Below are positions 62,577-64,000 of a stretch of DNA of 64,000 nucleotides, piece by piece. The notes beneath the pieces are model-generated. The model made no database searches, was not told the DNA's origin, and saw only the letters and a list, made by a program, of their open reading frames with translations. The position numbers were made by a program, and so were the translations under genes. This stretch comes from Octopus sinensis (taxonomy: Eukaryota): the NCBI RefSeq assembly GCF_006345805.1, contig NC_042997.1, positions 189,534,001 to 189,598,000 on the forward strand, in the 5' to 3' direction. Position 1 is the stretch's first letter, and the number at the start of each line of letters is the position of its first letter.

Positions 62577-63258
62577 TGCCCTGATGCAGTACCATACAGT
62601 ATGCCCTGATGCCGTACTAGACAGTGGCTCTCATGGCTTCTGATCTTATCTGACTGGAAGTGTTATCATGTATATTGTTTTGTCTTGGTATAAAAGATGG
62701 GCTACAGCAAATATTCTGTTCAACATGCCCTGATGCAGTACGAGACAGTGGCTCTCATGACTTCTGATCTTAACTGAAATATGATGTGCATTGTTTTGTC
62801 TTAGTGTAAACGATGGGTTAAAGTAAATATTCTGCTCAATGCCACAGATTTGCTTATCAGTTGTTTGACCTTAACTAGTTGAGCATGTCCCTTAGTGGCT
62901 GATGATATGTGCATCTTTGATCACGAGTAGAAGTAGTTGGGGAGCATTGTAGTCATGTGTTGAGAGGAATTCTTAGAAGTTTGGATAATTCGCCTCTGGA
63001 AACATGGGGCTTTTATTCAACATCCTTAAACAACCCTTATACCTTTTGAGGGGGATGGGCTACTCAACCAGAAGAAAATTCTAACTGGGCCCCACCTGCA
63101 AGGTCATGCGCTTTTTATCTTGATATGAGATCACCATGTCGTGCATATATGGTTATGATGCATGTGCCTGTTGTACCCTTACCAGACGGGTAGTCATGAT
63201 GGGTATACTAGGCTTCGTATATTCTACCCCAGTGTCACTTTAATGACATGCACTGCTC
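62577..63258 (+). mobile_element. Second copy of the (AAT)n-associated non-coding element with a duplicated 5' end
   Basis: Homologous to 32521-33072; gccctgatgc restarts at 62578, 62605 and 62727. Confidence 0.8.
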
Positions 63259-64000
63259 AATAATCGGTTCGGTTCGTTCGACTATAATTCTTTAAGGCAG
63301 TGCCCCAGCATGGCCGCAGTGCACTGGCTGAAACAAGCAAAAGATAAAAGAAAGATAACATTTTAATAATAGAATAATAATTCTTTCTTTTATAGGCACA
63401 AGGCCTGCAATTTGGAGGGAGGGGAATACATAGTAATAAATACGTATGCGTCACTTCTTTCCATTTTCCCTTCCATAAATATCTGAGACTTCATGCATAT
63501 ATTATAGAGATCATTAAATTCATTATTTTTGTAGTATTTACCTCCCACCCTCTTTCTCCCTCTTTTCCTCCATACAATGTTTATTTAAAATTTCTTTATA
63601 GATCATCATCATCATCCATTTTTCAATTCTATAATGATAACATTTTCCCAATTATATTGGGTGTGAGTTCAGATGTTTATTGCTTTGGTGGTCTCTGTGT
63701 TTGTTTGTGAGCAGAACAGGGGTTGAATAAATTAACTTATTGGTTCTGGTAACGCTTGAAAAAAATGACCTTGATGACCCAATAGCAGTTTAATAGTATT
63801 AATGTTATTATTTTGTCATCTGATTCTTTTAATGTTATCTTTGACAGAGAGCCTTCCGTTGTTGTTCCATAGCAAGATATATCAATTACATTTTATTTCA
63901 TTACTCCTTCTCTATGTTGTCTTTTATGTTCCGTTCTAATTCTGTTTTATTGATCAGGCCTAAGTGATTTCGTACTCTAAAAGAGTACATCCAGTCCACT

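Overview
AT-rich, extremely repeat-dense animal genomic DNA. It is very likely from an octopus (coleoid cephalopod), judging by the tRNA-derived SINE families and the microsatellite load; this is recognition from memory, not a database result. One 100-N assembly gap lies at 21789-21888. I cannot support any intact, identifiable protein-coding gene. Nearly all ORFs in the supplied track are microsatellite or SINE artefacts, and only a few weak exon candidates and a CRE/CCAAT cluster at about 8.8-10.2 kb hint at a host gene. The window contains: at least four tRNA-SINE families (many with clear TSDs, one forming fixed-junction multimers, one with several alternative tails); fragments of CR1-type, R4/Dong and Penelope-like retroelements; Tigger/pogo, DD41D (rosa-type), mariner and Tc1 remnants; two non-autonomous Helitron/Helentron-like elements; and at least six long fold-back hairpins. 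The most interesting signal is a set of minimal type-I hammerhead-ribozyme-like motifs from several Penelope-related families, some with non-canonical cores and one in a family that carries a tRNA (Pol III) head. There is also an (AAT)n-targeting non-coding element sitting directly beside a Dong endonuclease fragment.
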